Source of the DNA: the human T2T-CHM13v2.0 reference genome, Homo sapiens
Direction: 5' to 3' (one strand)
NCBI RefSeq assembly: GCF_009914755.1
Contig: NC_060928.1
Length of the DNA stretch: 64,000 nt
A program made the position numbers and the translations under genes. Below, one piece after another: positions 47,301-63,243 of this stretch. The notes beneath the pieces are model-generated. The model was not told the DNA's origin. It worked only from the letters and a program-made list of their open reading frames with translations, and did no database searches. Within the stretch, counting starts at the first letter, position 1. Every line of letters begins with the position of its first letter.

Positions 47301-50300
47301 TGTATAGTATATAATACATACTTTGGGTACTTTGATATTTTATGGACAGTGTATAATACATACTTTGGGTACTTTGATATTTTATGTACAGTGTATAATA
47401 TATAGTTTGGGTACTTTGATATTTTATATACAGTATATAATACATACTTTGGGTACTTTGATATTTTATGTACAGTATATAATATATAGTTTGGGTACTT
47501 TGATATTTTATGTACGGTATATAATACATACTTTGGGTACTTTGATATTTTATGTACAGTATATAATACATACTTTGGGTACTTTGATATTTTATGTACA
47601 GTATACAATATATAGTTTGAGTACTTTGATATTTTATGTGCAGTATAAAATATATAGTGTTGGTAGTTTGATGTTTTATGTACAGTATATATTTTGAGTA
47701 CTTTGATATTTTATGTACAGTTTATTATAAATGTTTGGGTACTTTCATATTTGATGTACAGTATATAATACATAATTTGGGCACTTTGATATTTTATGTA
47801 CAGTATATAATACATACTTTGGGTACTTTTATATTTTATGTACAGTATATAATACATACTTTGGGTACTTTGATATTTAATGTACAGTATATAATACACA
47901 CTTTGCGTACTTTGATATTTTATGTAACGTATGTAATACATACTTTGGGTAGTTTGATATTTTATGTACAGTATGTAGTACACACTTTGGATACTTTGAT
48001 ATTTTATGTACAGTATGTAAAACATACTTTGGGTACTTTGATATTTTATGTACAGTATATAATATATAGTTTGGGTACTTTGATATTTTATATACAGTAT
48101 ATAATACATACTTTTGGTACTTTGATATTTTATGTACAGTATATAATACGTACTTTGGGTACTTTGATATTTTATGTACAGTATGCAATATATATTTTGA
48201 GTACTTTGATATTTTATGTACAGTTTATTATAAATGTTTGGGTAGTTTCATATTTGACGTACAGTGTATTATACATAATTTGGGCACTTTGATATTTTAT
48301 GTACAGTATATAATACATACTTTGGGTAATTTTATATTTTATGTACAGTATATATTACATACTTTGGGTACTTTGATATTTAATGTACAGTATATAATGC
48401 ACACTTTGCGTACTGTGATATTTTATGTAAAGTATGTAATACATACTGTGGGTAGTTTGATATTTTATGTACAGTATGTAATACACACTTTGGGTACTTT
48501 GATATTTTATGTACTGTATGTAAAACATACTTTGTGTAGTTTGATATTTTATGATGAGTATATAATACACATTTTGGGTACTTTGATATTTTATGTACAG
48601 GATATAATGCATATTTTGGGTACTTTGATAGTTTATGTACAGTATATAATACATACTTTGGGTACTTTGATATTTTATGTATAGTATAAAATATATAGTT
48701 CGGGTAGTTTGATATTTTATGTACAGTATGTAAAACATACTTTGGGGAGTTTGATATTTTATGAACAGTATATAATACACATTTTGTGTACTTTGATATT
48801 TTATGTACAGTATATAATACATACTTTGGGTACTTTGATATTTTATGTACAGTATATATTACATACTTTGGGTACTTTGATATTTTATGTACAGTATACA
48901 ATATATAGTTTGAGTACTTTGATATTTTATGTACTGTATAAAATATATAGTTTTGGTAGTTTGATGTTTTATGTACAGTATATATTTTGAGTACTTTGAT
49001 ATTTTATGTACAGTTTATTATAAATGTTTTGGTACTTTCATATTTTACGTACAGTATATAATACATACTTTGGGCACTTTGATGTTTTATGTACAGTATA
49101 TAATACATACTTTGGGTTCTTTGATATTTTATGTACAGCATATAATACATAATTTGGGGACCTTTATATTTTATGTACATTATATTATACATACTTTGGG
49201 TACTTTTATTTTTTATGTACGGTATATAATACATACTTTGGGTACTTTGATATATTATGTACAGTATATAATACATACTTTGGGTACTTTGATATATTAT
49301 GTACAGTATATAATACATACTAAGGGTACTTTGACATTTTATGTACAGTACATAATACATACTTTGGGTTCTTTGATATTTTATGTACAGTATATAATGC
49401 ATACTTTGGATACTTTGATATTTTATGTACAGTATATAATACATACTTTGGGTACTTTGATATTTTATGTACAGTATGTAATATATAATTTGGGTACTTT
49501 AATATTTTATGTATAGTATATAATACATACTTTGGGTACTTTGATATTTTATGGACAGTGTATAATACATACTTTGGGTACTTTGATATTTTATGTACAG
49601 TATATAATATATAGTTTGGGTACTTTGACATTTTATATACAGTATATAATACATACTTTGCGTACTTTGATATTTTGTGTACAGTATATAATACATACTT
49701 TGGGTACTTTGATATTTTATGCACAGTATACAATATATAGTTTGAGTACTTTGATATTTTATGTACTGTATAAAATATATAGTTTTGGTACTTTGATATT
49801 TTATGTACAGTATATAGTTTGAGTACTTTGATATTTTATGTACAGTTTGTTAAAAATGTTTGGGTGCTTTCATATTTTATGTACAGTATATAATACATAC
49901 TTTGGGCACTTTGATATCTTATGTACAGTATATAATACATATTTTGGGTACTCTGATATTTTATGTACAGTGTATAATACATAATTTGTGTACTTTGATA
50001 TTTTATGTACAGTATATAATACATACGTTGGGTACTTTGATATATTATGTACAGTATATAATAAATACTTTGGGTACTTTGATATTTTATGTACAGTATA
50101 TAATCCATAGTTTGTGTACTTTGATATTTTATGTACAGTATATAATACATACTTTGGGTACTTTGATATTTTATGTACAGTATATAATACATACTTTGGG
50201 TACTTTCATGTTTTATGTACAGTATATAATATATAGTTTGGGTACTTTGATATTTTATGTACGGTATATAATACATACTTTGGGTACTTTGATATTTTAT

Positions 50301-53300
50301 GTACAGTATATAATACATAATTTGGGTACTTTGATATTTTATGTACAGTATACAATATATAGTTTGAGTACTTTGATATTTTATGTGCAGTATAAAATAT
50401 ATAGTGTTGGTAGTTTGATGTTTTATGTACAGTATATATTTTGAGTACTTTGATATTTTATGTACGGTATATAATACATACTTTGGGAACTTTGATATTT
50501 TATGTACAGTATGTAAAACATACTTTGGGTACTTTGATATTTTATGTACAGGATATAATGCATACTTTGGGTACTTTGATAGTTTATGTACAGTATATAA
50601 TACATACTTTGGGTACTTTGATATTTTATGTATAGTATAAAATATATAGTTTGGGTAGTTTGATATTTTATGTACAGTATGTAAAAGATACTTTGGGGAG
50701 TTTGATATTATATGTACAGTATGTAAAACATACTTTGGGGAGTTTGATATTTTATGAACAGTATATAATACACATTTTGTGTACTTTGATATTTTATGTA
50801 CAGTATATAATACAAACTTTGGGTTCTTTGATATTTTATGTACAGAATATAATGCATAGTTTTAGGTACTTTTATATTTTATGTACAGTATATAATACAT
50901 ATTTTGGGTACTTTGATATTTTATGTACAGTATATAATACATACTTTGGGAACTTTGATATTTTATGTACAGTATGTAATACATACTTTGGGTACTTTGA
51001 TATTTTATGTACAGTATATAATACATACTATTGGTACTTTGATATTTTATGTACAGTATACAATATGTAGTTTGAGTACTTTGATATTTTATGTCCAGTA
51101 TAAAATATATAGATTTCATACTTTGATATTTTTGTACTGAATGTAGTTTGAGTACTTTGATATTTTATGTACACTTTATTATAAAAGTTTGGGTACTTTG
51201 ATATTTTACGTACAGTATATAATACATACTTTGGGCACTTTGATGTTTTATGTACAGTATATAATACATACTTTGGGTTCTTTGATATTTTATGTACAGC
51301 ATATAATACATAATTTGGGGACTTTTATATTTTATGTACATTATATTATACATACTTTGGGTACTTTTATATTTTATGTACGGTATATAATACACACTTT
51401 GGGTACTTTGATATTTTATGTACAGTATATAATACATACTTTGGGTACTCTGATATTTTATGTACAGTATAAAATATATAGTTTGAGTACTTTGATATTT
51501 TATGTACTGTATAAAATATATAGTTTTCGTACTTTGATATTTTATGTACAGTATATTTTGAGTACTTTGATATTTTATGTACCGTTTTTTATAAATGTTT
51601 GGGTGCTTTCATATTTTATGTACAGTATATAATACATAAAAAGGGCACTTTGATATTTTATGTACAGTATATAATACATACTTTGGGTACTCTGATATTT
51701 TATGTACAGTGTATAATACATACTTTGGGTAGTTTGATATTTTATATACAATATATAATACATACGTTGGGAACTTTGATATATTATGTACAGTATATAA
51801 TACATGCTTTGGGTACTTTGATATTTTATCTACAGTATACAACACATAGTTTGTGTACTTTGATATTTTATGTACAGTATATAATACATACTTTGGGTAC
51901 TTTGATATTTTATGTACAGTATATAATACATACTTTGGGTACTTTCATATTTTATGTACAGTATATAATGCATAGTTTGGTTACTTTGATATTTTATCTA
52001 CAGCTTATAATACATACTTTGGATAGTTTGATACTTTATGTACAGTATATAATACATACTTTGGGTACTTTGATATTTTATGTACAGTATACAATATATA
52101 GTTTGAGTACTTTGATATTTTATGTGCAGTATAAAATATATAGTTTTGGTACTTTCATATTTTATGTACAGTATATAGTTTGAGTACTTTGATATTTTAT
52201 GTACAGTTTTTTATAAATGTTTGGGTGCTTTCATATTTTATGTACAGTATATAATACATACTAAGGGCACTTTGATATTTTATGTACAGTATATAATACA
52301 TACTTTGGGTACTTTGATATTTTATGTACGTCATATAATATATAGTTTGGGTACTTTGATATTTTATGTACAGAATATAATACATACCTTGGGTACTTTG
52401 ATATTTTATGTACAGTATATAATATATAGTTTGGGTATTTTGATATTTTATGTACAGTATATAATACATACTTTGGGTACTTTGATATTTTATGTACAGT
52501 ATATAATACATACTTTGGGAACTTTGATATTTTATGTACAGTATGTAAAACATACTTTGGGTACTTTGATATTTTATGTACAGTATATAATACATACTTT
52601 GGGTACTTTGATATTTAATGTACAGTATATAATACACACTTTGCGTACTTTGATATTTTATGTAAAGTATGTAATACATACTTTGGGTACTTTGATATTT
52701 TATGTACAGTATGTAATACACGCTTTGGGTACTTTGATATTTTATGTAGAGTATGTAAAACATACTTTGGGTAGTTTGGTATTTTATGATCAGTATATAA
52801 TACATATTTTGGGTACTTTGATATTTTATGTACAGTATATAATACCTACTTTGGGTACTTTGATATTTTATGTACAGTATATAATGCATAATTTGGGTAC
52901 TTCAATAGTTTATGCACAGTATATAATACATACTTTGGGTAATTTGATATTTTATGTACAGTATATAATGCATACTTTGGGTACTTTGATAGTTTATGTA
53001 CAGTATACAATACATACTTTGGGTACTTTGATATTTTATGTACAGTATATAATATGTAGTTTGGGTACTTTGATATTTTAACTACAGTATATAATACATA
53101 CTTTGGGTACTTGGATATTTTATCTACAGTATATAATAGATACTTTGGGTACTTTGATATATTATGTACAGTATATAATACATAGTTTGGTTACTTTGAT
53201 ATTTTTTGTACAGTATGTAAAACATACTTTGGGGAGTTTGATATTTTATGAACAGTATATAATACACATTTTGGGTACTTTGATATTTTATGTACGGTAT

Positions 53301-54474
53301 ATAATACATACTTTGGGTACTTTGATATTTTATGTACAGTATATAATTCATACTTTGGGTACTTTGATATTTTATGTACAGTATATAATACATACATTGG
53401 GTACTTCGATATTTTATGTGCAGTACCCTATATATAGTTTGGGTACTTTGATATTTTATGTCCAGTATAAAATAAATAGTTTTGGTACTTTGATATTTTA
53501 TATACAGTATATAGTTTGAGTACTTTGATATTTAATGTTCAGTTTATTATAAATGTTTGGGTGCTTTCATATTTTATATACAGTATATAATACATACTTT
53601 GGGCACTTTGATATTTTCTGTACAGTATATAATACATACTTTGGGTACTTTGATATTTTATGTACGGTATATAATACATACATTGGGTACTTTGATATTT
53701 TATGTACAGTATATAATATATAGTTTGGTTACTTTGATATTTTATATACAGTATATAATATATATTATGTGTACTTTGATATATTATGTACAGTATATAA
53801 TATATAGTATGGGTTGTTTGATATTTTATGTACAGTATATAATATATAGTTTGGGTAGTTTGATATTTTTAGTACAGTATGTAATATATAGTTTGTTTTA
53901 TTTGATATTTTATGTACAGTATACAATATATAGTATTGGTACTTTGATATTTCATGTAAAGTATATAGTTTGAGTACTTTGATATTTTATATGCAGTTTA
54001 TTATAAATGTTTGGGTACCTTCATATTTTATGTACAGTATATAATACATACTTTGGGAACTTTTATTTTATGTGCAGTATATAATACATACTTTGGGTAC
54101 TTTGATATTTCATGTACAGTATATAATACACACTTTGGGTACTTTGATATTTTATGTACAGTATATAATACACAGTTTGGGTAGTTTGATATTTTATGTA
54201 CAGTATATAATACATACTTTGGGTACTTTGATGTATTATGTACAGTATATAATACATACTTTGGGTACTTTGATATTTTATGTACAGTATATAATACATA
54301 CTTTGGGTACTTTGATATTTTATGTACAGTATGTAATACACACTTTGGGTACTTTGATATTTTATGTACAGTATGTAAAACATACTTTGGGTAGTTTGAT
54401 ATATTATGTACAGTATATAATACATACTTTGGGTACTCTGATATTTTATGTACAGTGTATAATACATACTTTGG

Positions 54475-57410
54475 GTACTTTGATATTTTATGTACAGTAT
54501 ATATTACATACTTTGGGTACTTTGATATTTTATGTACAGTATACAATATATAGTTTGAGTACTTTGATATTTTATGTACTGTATAAAATATATAGTTTTG
54601 GTACTTTGATATTTTATGTACAGTATATAGTTTGAGTACTTTGATATTTTATGTACAGTTTGTTATAAATATTTTGGTGCTTTCATATTTTATGTACTGT
54701 ATATAATACATGCTTTGGGCACTTTGATATTTTATGTACAGTATATAATACATACTTTGGGTACTCTGATATTTTATGTACAGTGTATAATACATACTTT
54801 GGGTACTTTGATATTTTATGTACAGTATATAATACATACATTGGGTACTTTGATATATTATGTACAGTATATAATACTTACTTGGGGTACTTTGATATTT
54901 TATGTACAGTATATAATACATAGTTTGTGTACTTTGATATTTTATGTACAGTATGTAGTACACACTTTGGGTACTTTGATATTTTATGTACAGTATATAA
55001 TACATACTTTGGGTATCTTGATATTTTATGTACAGTATATAATGCATACTTTGCGTCCTTTGATATTTTATGTACAGTATATAATGCATACTTTGGGTAC
55101 TTTGATATTTCATGTACAGTATGTAATACATACTTTGGGTACTTTGATATTTTATGTATAGTATATAATACATACTTTGTGTAGTTTGATATTTTATGTA
55201 CAGTATACAATATATAGTTTGAGTACTTTGTTATTTTATGTGCAGTATAAAATATATAGTTTTCGTAATTGATCTTTTATGTACAGAATATAGTTTGAGT
55301 ACTTTGATATTTTATGTACACTTTATTATAAATGTTTGGGTCCTTTCATATTTTATGTACAGTATATAATACATACTTTGGTCTCTTTGATGTTTTATGT
55401 ACAGTATATAATACATAATTTGGGTTCTTTGATATTTTATGTACAGAATATAATGCATAGTTTTAGGTACTTTTATATTTTATGTACAGTCTATAATACA
55501 TACTTTGGGTACTTTGATATTTTATGTACAGTATATAATACATACTTTGGGAACTTTGATATTTTATGTACAGTATGTAATACATACTTTGGGTACTTTG
55601 ATATTTTATGTACAGTATATAATACATACTATTGGTACTTTGATATTTTATGTACAGTATACAATATATAGTTTGAGGACTTTGATATTTTATGTCCAGT
55701 ATAAAATATATAGATTTCATACTTTGATATTTTATGTACTGAATGTAGTTTGAGTACTTTGATATTTTATGTACACTTTATTATAAAAGTTTGGGTACTT
55801 TCATATTTTACGTACAGTATATAATACATACTTTGGGCACTTTGATGTTTTATGTACAGTATATAATACATACTTTGGGTTCTTTGATAATTTATGTACA
55901 GCATATAATACATAATTTGGGGACTTTTATATTTTATGTACATTATATTATACATACTTTGGGTACTTTTATATTTTATGTACGGTATATAATACACACT
56001 TTGGGTACTTTGATATATTATGTACAGTATATAATACATACTTTGGGTACTTTGATATATTATGTACAGTATATAATACATACTAAGGGTACTTTGACAT
56101 TTTATGTACAGTACATAATACATACTTTGGGTACTTTGATATTTTATGTACAGTATATAATGCATACTTTGAATACTTTGATATTTTATGTACAGTATAT
56201 AATACATACTTTGGGTACTTTTATATTTTATGTACAGTATATAATATATAGTTTGGGTACTTTGATATTTTATGTACGGTATATAATACATACTTTGGGT
56301 ACTTTGATATTTTATGTACAGTATATAATACATACTTTGGGTACTCTGATATTTTATGTACCGTATACAATATATAGTTTGAGTACTTTGATATTTTATG
56401 TACAGTATATAGTTTGAGTACTTTGATATTTTATGTACAGTTTTTTATAAATGTTTGGGTGCTTTCATATTTTATGTACAGTATATAATACATACAAAGG
56501 GCACTTTGTTATTTTATGTACAGTATATAATACATTCTTTGGGTACTCTGATATTTTATGTACAGTGTATAATACATACTTTGGGTACTTTGATATTTTA
56601 TGTACAATATATAATACATACGTTGGGAACTTTGATATATTATGTGCAGTATATAATACATACTTTGGGTACTTTGATATTTTATCTACAGTATACAACA
56701 CATAGTTTGTGTACTTTGATATTTTATGTACAGTATATAATACATACTTTGGGTACTTTGATATTTTATGTACAGTATATAATACATACTTTGGGTACTT
56801 TCATATTTTATGTACAGTATATAATACATAGTTTGGTTACTTTGATATTTTATCTACAGCTTATAATACATACTTTGGATACTTTGATACTTTATGTACA
56901 GTATATAATACATACTTTGGGTACTTTGATATTTTATGTACAGTATACAATATATAGTTTGAGTACTTTGATATTTTATGTGCAGTATAAAATATATAGT
57001 TTTGGTACTTTCATATTTTATGTACAGTATATAGTTTGAGTACTTTGATATTTTATGGACAGTTTTTTATAAATGTTTGGGTGCTTTCATATTTTAAGTC
57101 CAGTATATAATACATACTAAGGGCACTTTGATATTTTATGTACAGTATATAATACATACTTTGGGTACTTTGATATTTTATGTACATCATATAATATATA
57201 GTTTGGGTACTTTGATATTTTATGTACAGTATATAATACATACCTTGGGTACTTTGATATTTTATGTACAGTACATAATATATAGTTTGGGTATTTTTAT
57301 ATTTTATGTACAGTATATAATACATACTTTGGGTACTTTGATATTTTATGTACAGTATATAATACATACTTTGGGAACTTTGATATTTTATGTACAGTAT
57401 GTAAAACATA
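54475..57410 (+). repeat. About 2.9-kb duplicate of ~5330-8310 (offset 49,144, then 49,102 after loss of one monomer near 56390)
   Basis: ORF pairs 5505/54649, 6192/55336, 6647/55791, then 7349/56451 and 7951/57053; shared variants ttgaggactt, gtaccgtatac, gcactttgttat. Confidence 0.85.
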
Positions 57411-58204
57411 CTTTGGGTACTTTGATATTTTATGTACAGTATATAATACATACTATTGGTACTTTGATATTTTATGTACATTATACAATATATAGTTTGA
57501 GTACTTTGATATTTTATGTCCAGTATAAAATATATAGATTTCGTACTTTGATATTTTATGTACAGAATATAGTTTGAGTACTTTCATATTTTATGTACAC
57601 TTTATTATAAAAGTTTGGGTACTTTCATATTTTACGTACAGTATATAATACATACTTTGGGCACTTTGATGTTTTATGTACAGTATATAATACATACTTT
57701 AGGTTCTTTTATATTTTATGTACAGCATATAATACAAAATTTGGGGACTTTTATATTTTATGTACATTATATAATACATACTTTGGGTACTTTTATATTT
57801 TATGTACGGTATATAATACATACTTTGGGTACTTTGATATATTATGTACAGTATATAATACATACTTTGGGCACTTTGATGTTTTATGTACAGTATGTAA
57901 AACATACTTTGGGTAGTTTGATATATTATGTACAGTATATAATACATACTTTGTGTACTCTGATATTTTATGTACAGTGTATAATACATACTTTGGGTAC
58001 TTTGATATTTTATGTACAGTATATAATACATACATTGGGTACTTTGATATATTATGTACAGTATATAATACTTACTTGGGGTATCTTGATATTTTATGTA
58101 CAGTATATAATGCATACTTTGGGTACTTTGATATTTTATGTACAGTATATAATGCATACTTTGAGTACTTTGATATTTTATGTACAGTATGTAATACATA
58201 CTTT

Positions 58205-59830
58205 GGGTACTTTGATATTTTATGTACAGTATATAATACATACTTTGGGTACTTTGATATTTTATGTACAGTATATAATATATAGTTTGGGTACTTTGAT
58301 AATTTATGTACAGTGTATAACACATACTTTGGGTACTTTGATATTTTATGTACAGTATATAATACATACTTTGGGTACTTTGATATTTTATATACAGTAT
58401 ATAATACATACTTTGGGTACTTTCATATTTCCTGTACAGTTTATAATATATAGTTTGGGTACTTTGGTATATTATGTACTGTATATAATACATACTTTGG
58501 GTACTTTGATATTTTATGTACAGTATATAATACATACTTTGGGTACTTTGATATTTTATGTACAGTATACAATATATACTTTGACTACTTTGATATTTTA
58601 TGTCCAGTATAGAATATATAGTTTTGGTAGTTTGATATTTTATGTACAGTATATAGTTTGAGTACATTGATATTTTATGTACACTTTATTATAAATGTTT
58701 GGATACTTTCATATTTTATGTACAGTATTTAATACATACTTTGGGCACTTTGATATTTTATGTACAGTATACAATACATACTTTGGGTTCTTTGATATTT
58801 TATTTACAGTATATAATACATAATTTGGGTACTTTGATATTTTATTTACAGTATATAATGCATACTTTGGGTACTTTGATGTTTTATGTACAGTATATAA
58901 TACATACTTAGGGTACTTTGACATTTTATGTGCAGTACATAATACATACTTTGGATACTTTGTTATTTTAAATACAGTATGTAATACATATTTTGGGTAC
59001 TTTGATATTTTATGTACAGTATATAATACATACTTTGGTACTTTTATATTTCATGTACAGTATATAATATATAGTTTGAGTACTTTGATATTTTATGTAC
59101 AGTATATAATACATAGTTTGGGTATTTTGATATTTTATGTACAGTATATAATACATACTTTGGGTACTTTGATATTTTATGTACAGTATATAATATATAG
59201 TTTGGGTACTTTGATAATTTATGTGCAGTATATAACACATACTTTCGGTAGTTGGATATTTTATGTACAGTATATAATACATACTTTGGGTACTTCGATA
59301 TTTGATGTACAGTATACTATATATAGTTTGGGTACTTTGATATTTTATGTCGGGTACAAAATAAATAGTTTTGGTACTTAGATATTTTATGTACAGTATA
59401 TAGTTTGAGTACTTTGATATTTTATGTACAGTTTATTATTAATGGGTGCTTTCATATTTTATGTACAGTATATAATACATACTATGGGCACTTTGATATT
59501 TTATGTACAGTATATAATACATAATTTGGGTACTTTGATATTTTATATACACTACATAATACATACTTTGGGTACTTTGATATTTTATGTACAGTACATA
59601 ATATATAGTTTGGGTACTTTGATATTGTATGTGCAGTATATAACACATACTTTCGGTACTTGGATATTTTATGTACAGTATATAATACATAATTTGGGTA
59701 CTTCCATATTTTATGTACAGTATGCTATATATACTTTGGGTACTTTGATATTTTATGTCCAGTATAAAATAAAAAGTTTTGGTAATTCGATATTTTATGT
59801 ACAGTGTATCGTTTGAGTACTTTGATATTT
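58205..59830 (+). repeat. About 1.6-kb duplicate of ~1150-2775 (offset 57,055 bp)
   Basis: ORF pairs 1644/58699, 1955/59010, 2369/59424; shared variants gtgtataacac, ttgactac, tttaaatacag, gtatcgtttg. Confidence 0.88.
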
Positions 59831-61330
59831 TATGTACACTTTATTATAAATGTTTGGGTAATTTCATATTTTATGTACAGTATATAATACATACTTTGGT
59901 CTCTTTGATGTTTTATGTACAGTATATAATACATACTTTGGGTTCTTTGATATTTTATGTGCAGAATATAATGCATAGTTTTAGGTACTTTTATATTTTA
60001 TGTACAGTATATAATACATACTTTGGGTACTTTGATATTTTATGTACAGTATATAATACATACTTTGGGTACTTTGATATTTTATGTACAGTATATAATA
60101 CATATTATTGGTACTTTGATATTTTATGTACAGTATACAATATATAGTTTGAGTATTTTGATATTTTATGTCCAGTATAAAATACATAGATTTCATACTT
60201 TGATATTTTATGTACAGAATATAGTTTGAGTACTTTGATATTTTATGTACACTTTATCATAAAAGTTTGGGTACTTTCATATTTTACGTACAGTATATAA
60301 TACATACTTTGGGCACTTTGATGTTTTATGTACAGTATATAATACATACTTTGGGTTCTTTGATATGTTATGTACAGCATATAGTACATAATTTGGGGAC
60401 TTTTATATTTTATGTACATTATATAATACATACTTTGGGTACTTTTATATTTTATGTACGGTATATAATACATACTTTGGGTACTTTGGTATATTATGTA
60501 CAGTATATAATACATACTTTGGGTACTTTGATATATTATGTACAGTATATAATACATACTTAGGGTACTTTGACATTTTATGTACAGTACATAATACATA
60601 CTTTGGGTACTTTGATATTTTATGTACAGTATATAATACATACTTTGGGTACTTTGATATTTTATGTACAGTATATAATACATGTTTTGGGTACTTTTAC
60701 ATTTTATGTACAGTATATAATATATAGTTTGGGTACTTTGATATTTTATGTACGGTATATAATACATACTTTGGGTACTTTGATATTTTATGTACAGTAT
60801 ATAATACATACTTTGGGTACTTTGATAATTTATGTACAGTATATAATACATACTTTGGGTACTTTGATATTTAATGTACAGTATATAATACACACTTTGC
60901 GTACTTTGTTATTTTATGTAAAGTATGTAATACATACTTTGGGTACTTTGATATTTTATGTACAGTATGTAATACACGCTTTGGGTACTTTGATATTTTA
61001 TGTAGAGTATGTAAAACATACATTGGGTAGTTTGTTATTTTATGATCAGTATATAATACATATTTTGGGTACTTTGATATTTTATGTACAGTATATAATA
61101 CATACTTTGGGTACTTTGATATTTTATGTACAGTATATAATGCATAATTTGGGTACTTCAATAGTTTATGCACAGTATATAATACATACTTTGGGTAATT
61201 TGATATTTTATGTACAGTATATAATGCATACTTTGGGTACTTTGATAGTTTATGTACAGTATACAATACATACTTTGGGTACTTTGATATTTTATGTACA
61301 GTATATAATATGTAGTTTGGGTACTTTGAT
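59830..61330 (+). repeat. About 1.5-kb duplicate of ~41060-42520 (offset 18,768, later +42); related copies near 19200-20720 and 38250-39400
   Basis: ORF pairs 41213/59981, 41499/60267, 41802/60570; shared ctttatcataaaag, atgttatg...catatagtac, catgttttgggtacttttac. Confidence 0.82.
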
Positions 61331-62596
61331 ATTTTAACTACAGTATATAATACATACTTTGGGTACTTTGATATTTTATCTATAGTATATAATAGATACT
61401 TTGGGTACTTTGATATATTATGTACAGTATATAATACATAGTTTGGTTACTTTGATATTGTTTGTACAGTATGTAAAACATACTTTGGGGAGTTTGATAT
61501 TTTATGAACAGTATATAATACACATTTTGGGTACTTTGATATTTTATGTACGGTATATAATACATACTTTGGGTACTTTGATATTTTATGTACAGTATAT
61601 AGTTCATACTTTGGGTACTTTGATATTTTATGTACAGTATATAATACATACATTGGGTACTTCGATATTTTATGTGCAGTACCCTATATATAGTTTGGGT
61701 ACTTTGATATTTTATGTCCAGTATAAAATAAATAGTTTTGGTACTTTGATATTTTATGTACAGTATATAGTTTGAGTACTTTGATATTTAATGTTCAGTT
61801 TATTATAAATGTTTTGGTGCTTTCATATTTTATATACAGTATATAATACATACTTTGGGCACTTTGATATTTTCTGTACAGTATATAATACATACTTTGT
61901 GTACTTTGATATTTTATGTACGGTATATAATACATACATTGGGTACTTTGATATTTTATGTAAAGTATATAATATATAGTTTGGTTACTTTGATATTTTA
62001 TATACAGTATATAATATATATTATGTGTACTTTGATATATTATGTACAGTATATAATATATAGTATGGGTTGTTTGATATTTTATGTACAGTATATAATA
62101 TATAGTTTGGGTAGTTTGATATTTTTAGTACAGTATGTAATATATAGTTTGTTTTATTTGATATTTTATGTACAGTATACAATATATAGTATTGGTACTT
62201 TCATATTTCATGTAAAGTATATAGTTTGAGTACTTTGATATTTTATATGCAGTTTATTATAAATGTTTGGGTACCTTCATATTTTATGTACAGTATATAA
62301 TACATACTTTGGGAACTTTTATTTTATGTGCAGTATATAATACATACTTTGGGTACTTTGATATTTCATGTACAGTATATAATACACACTTTGGGTACTT
62401 TGATATTTTATGTACAGTATATAATACACACTTTGGGTAGTTTGATATTTTATGTACAGTATATAATACATACTTTGGGTACTTTGATGTATTATGTACA
62501 GTATATAATACATACTTTGGGTACTTTGATATTTTATGTACAGTATATAATACATACTTTGGGTACTTTGATATTTTATGTACAGTATGTAATACA
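60826..62596 (+). repeat. About 1.8-kb duplicate of ~52570-54340 (offset 8,256 bp)
   Basis: ORF pairs 53124/61380, 53191/61447, 54063/62319; shared ttttaactacag, aatagatac, gtaccctatat, gtttgttttattt. Confidence 0.85.
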
Positions 62597-63243
62597 TAAT
62601 TTGGGTACTTTAATATTTTATGTATAGTATATAATACTTACTTTGGGTACTTTGATATTTTATGGACAGTGTATAATACATACTTTGGGTTCTTTGATAT
62701 TTTATTTACAGTATATAACATATAGTTTGGGTACTTTGATATTTTATATATAGTATATAATACATACTTTGGGTACTTTGATATTTTATGTACAGTATAT
62801 AATACATACTTTGGGTACTTTGATATTTCATGCACAGTATACAATATATAGTTTGAGTACTTTGATATTTTATGTACTGTATAAAATATATAGTTTTCGT
62901 ACTTTGATATTTTATGTACAGTATATAGTTTGAGTACTTTGATATTTTATGTACAGTTTGTTATAAATGTTTGGGTGCTTTCATATTTTATGTACAGTAT
63001 ATAATACATACTTTGGGCACTTTGATATCTTATGTACAGTATATAATACATACTTTGGGTTCTCTGATATTTTCTGTACAGTGTATAATACATAATTTGG
63101 GTACTTTGATATTTTATGTACAGCATATAATACATACGTTGGGTACTTTGATATATTATGTACAGTATATAATACATACTTTGGGTACTTTGATATTTTA
63201 TGTACAGTATATAATCCATAGTTTGTGTACTTTTATATTTTAT

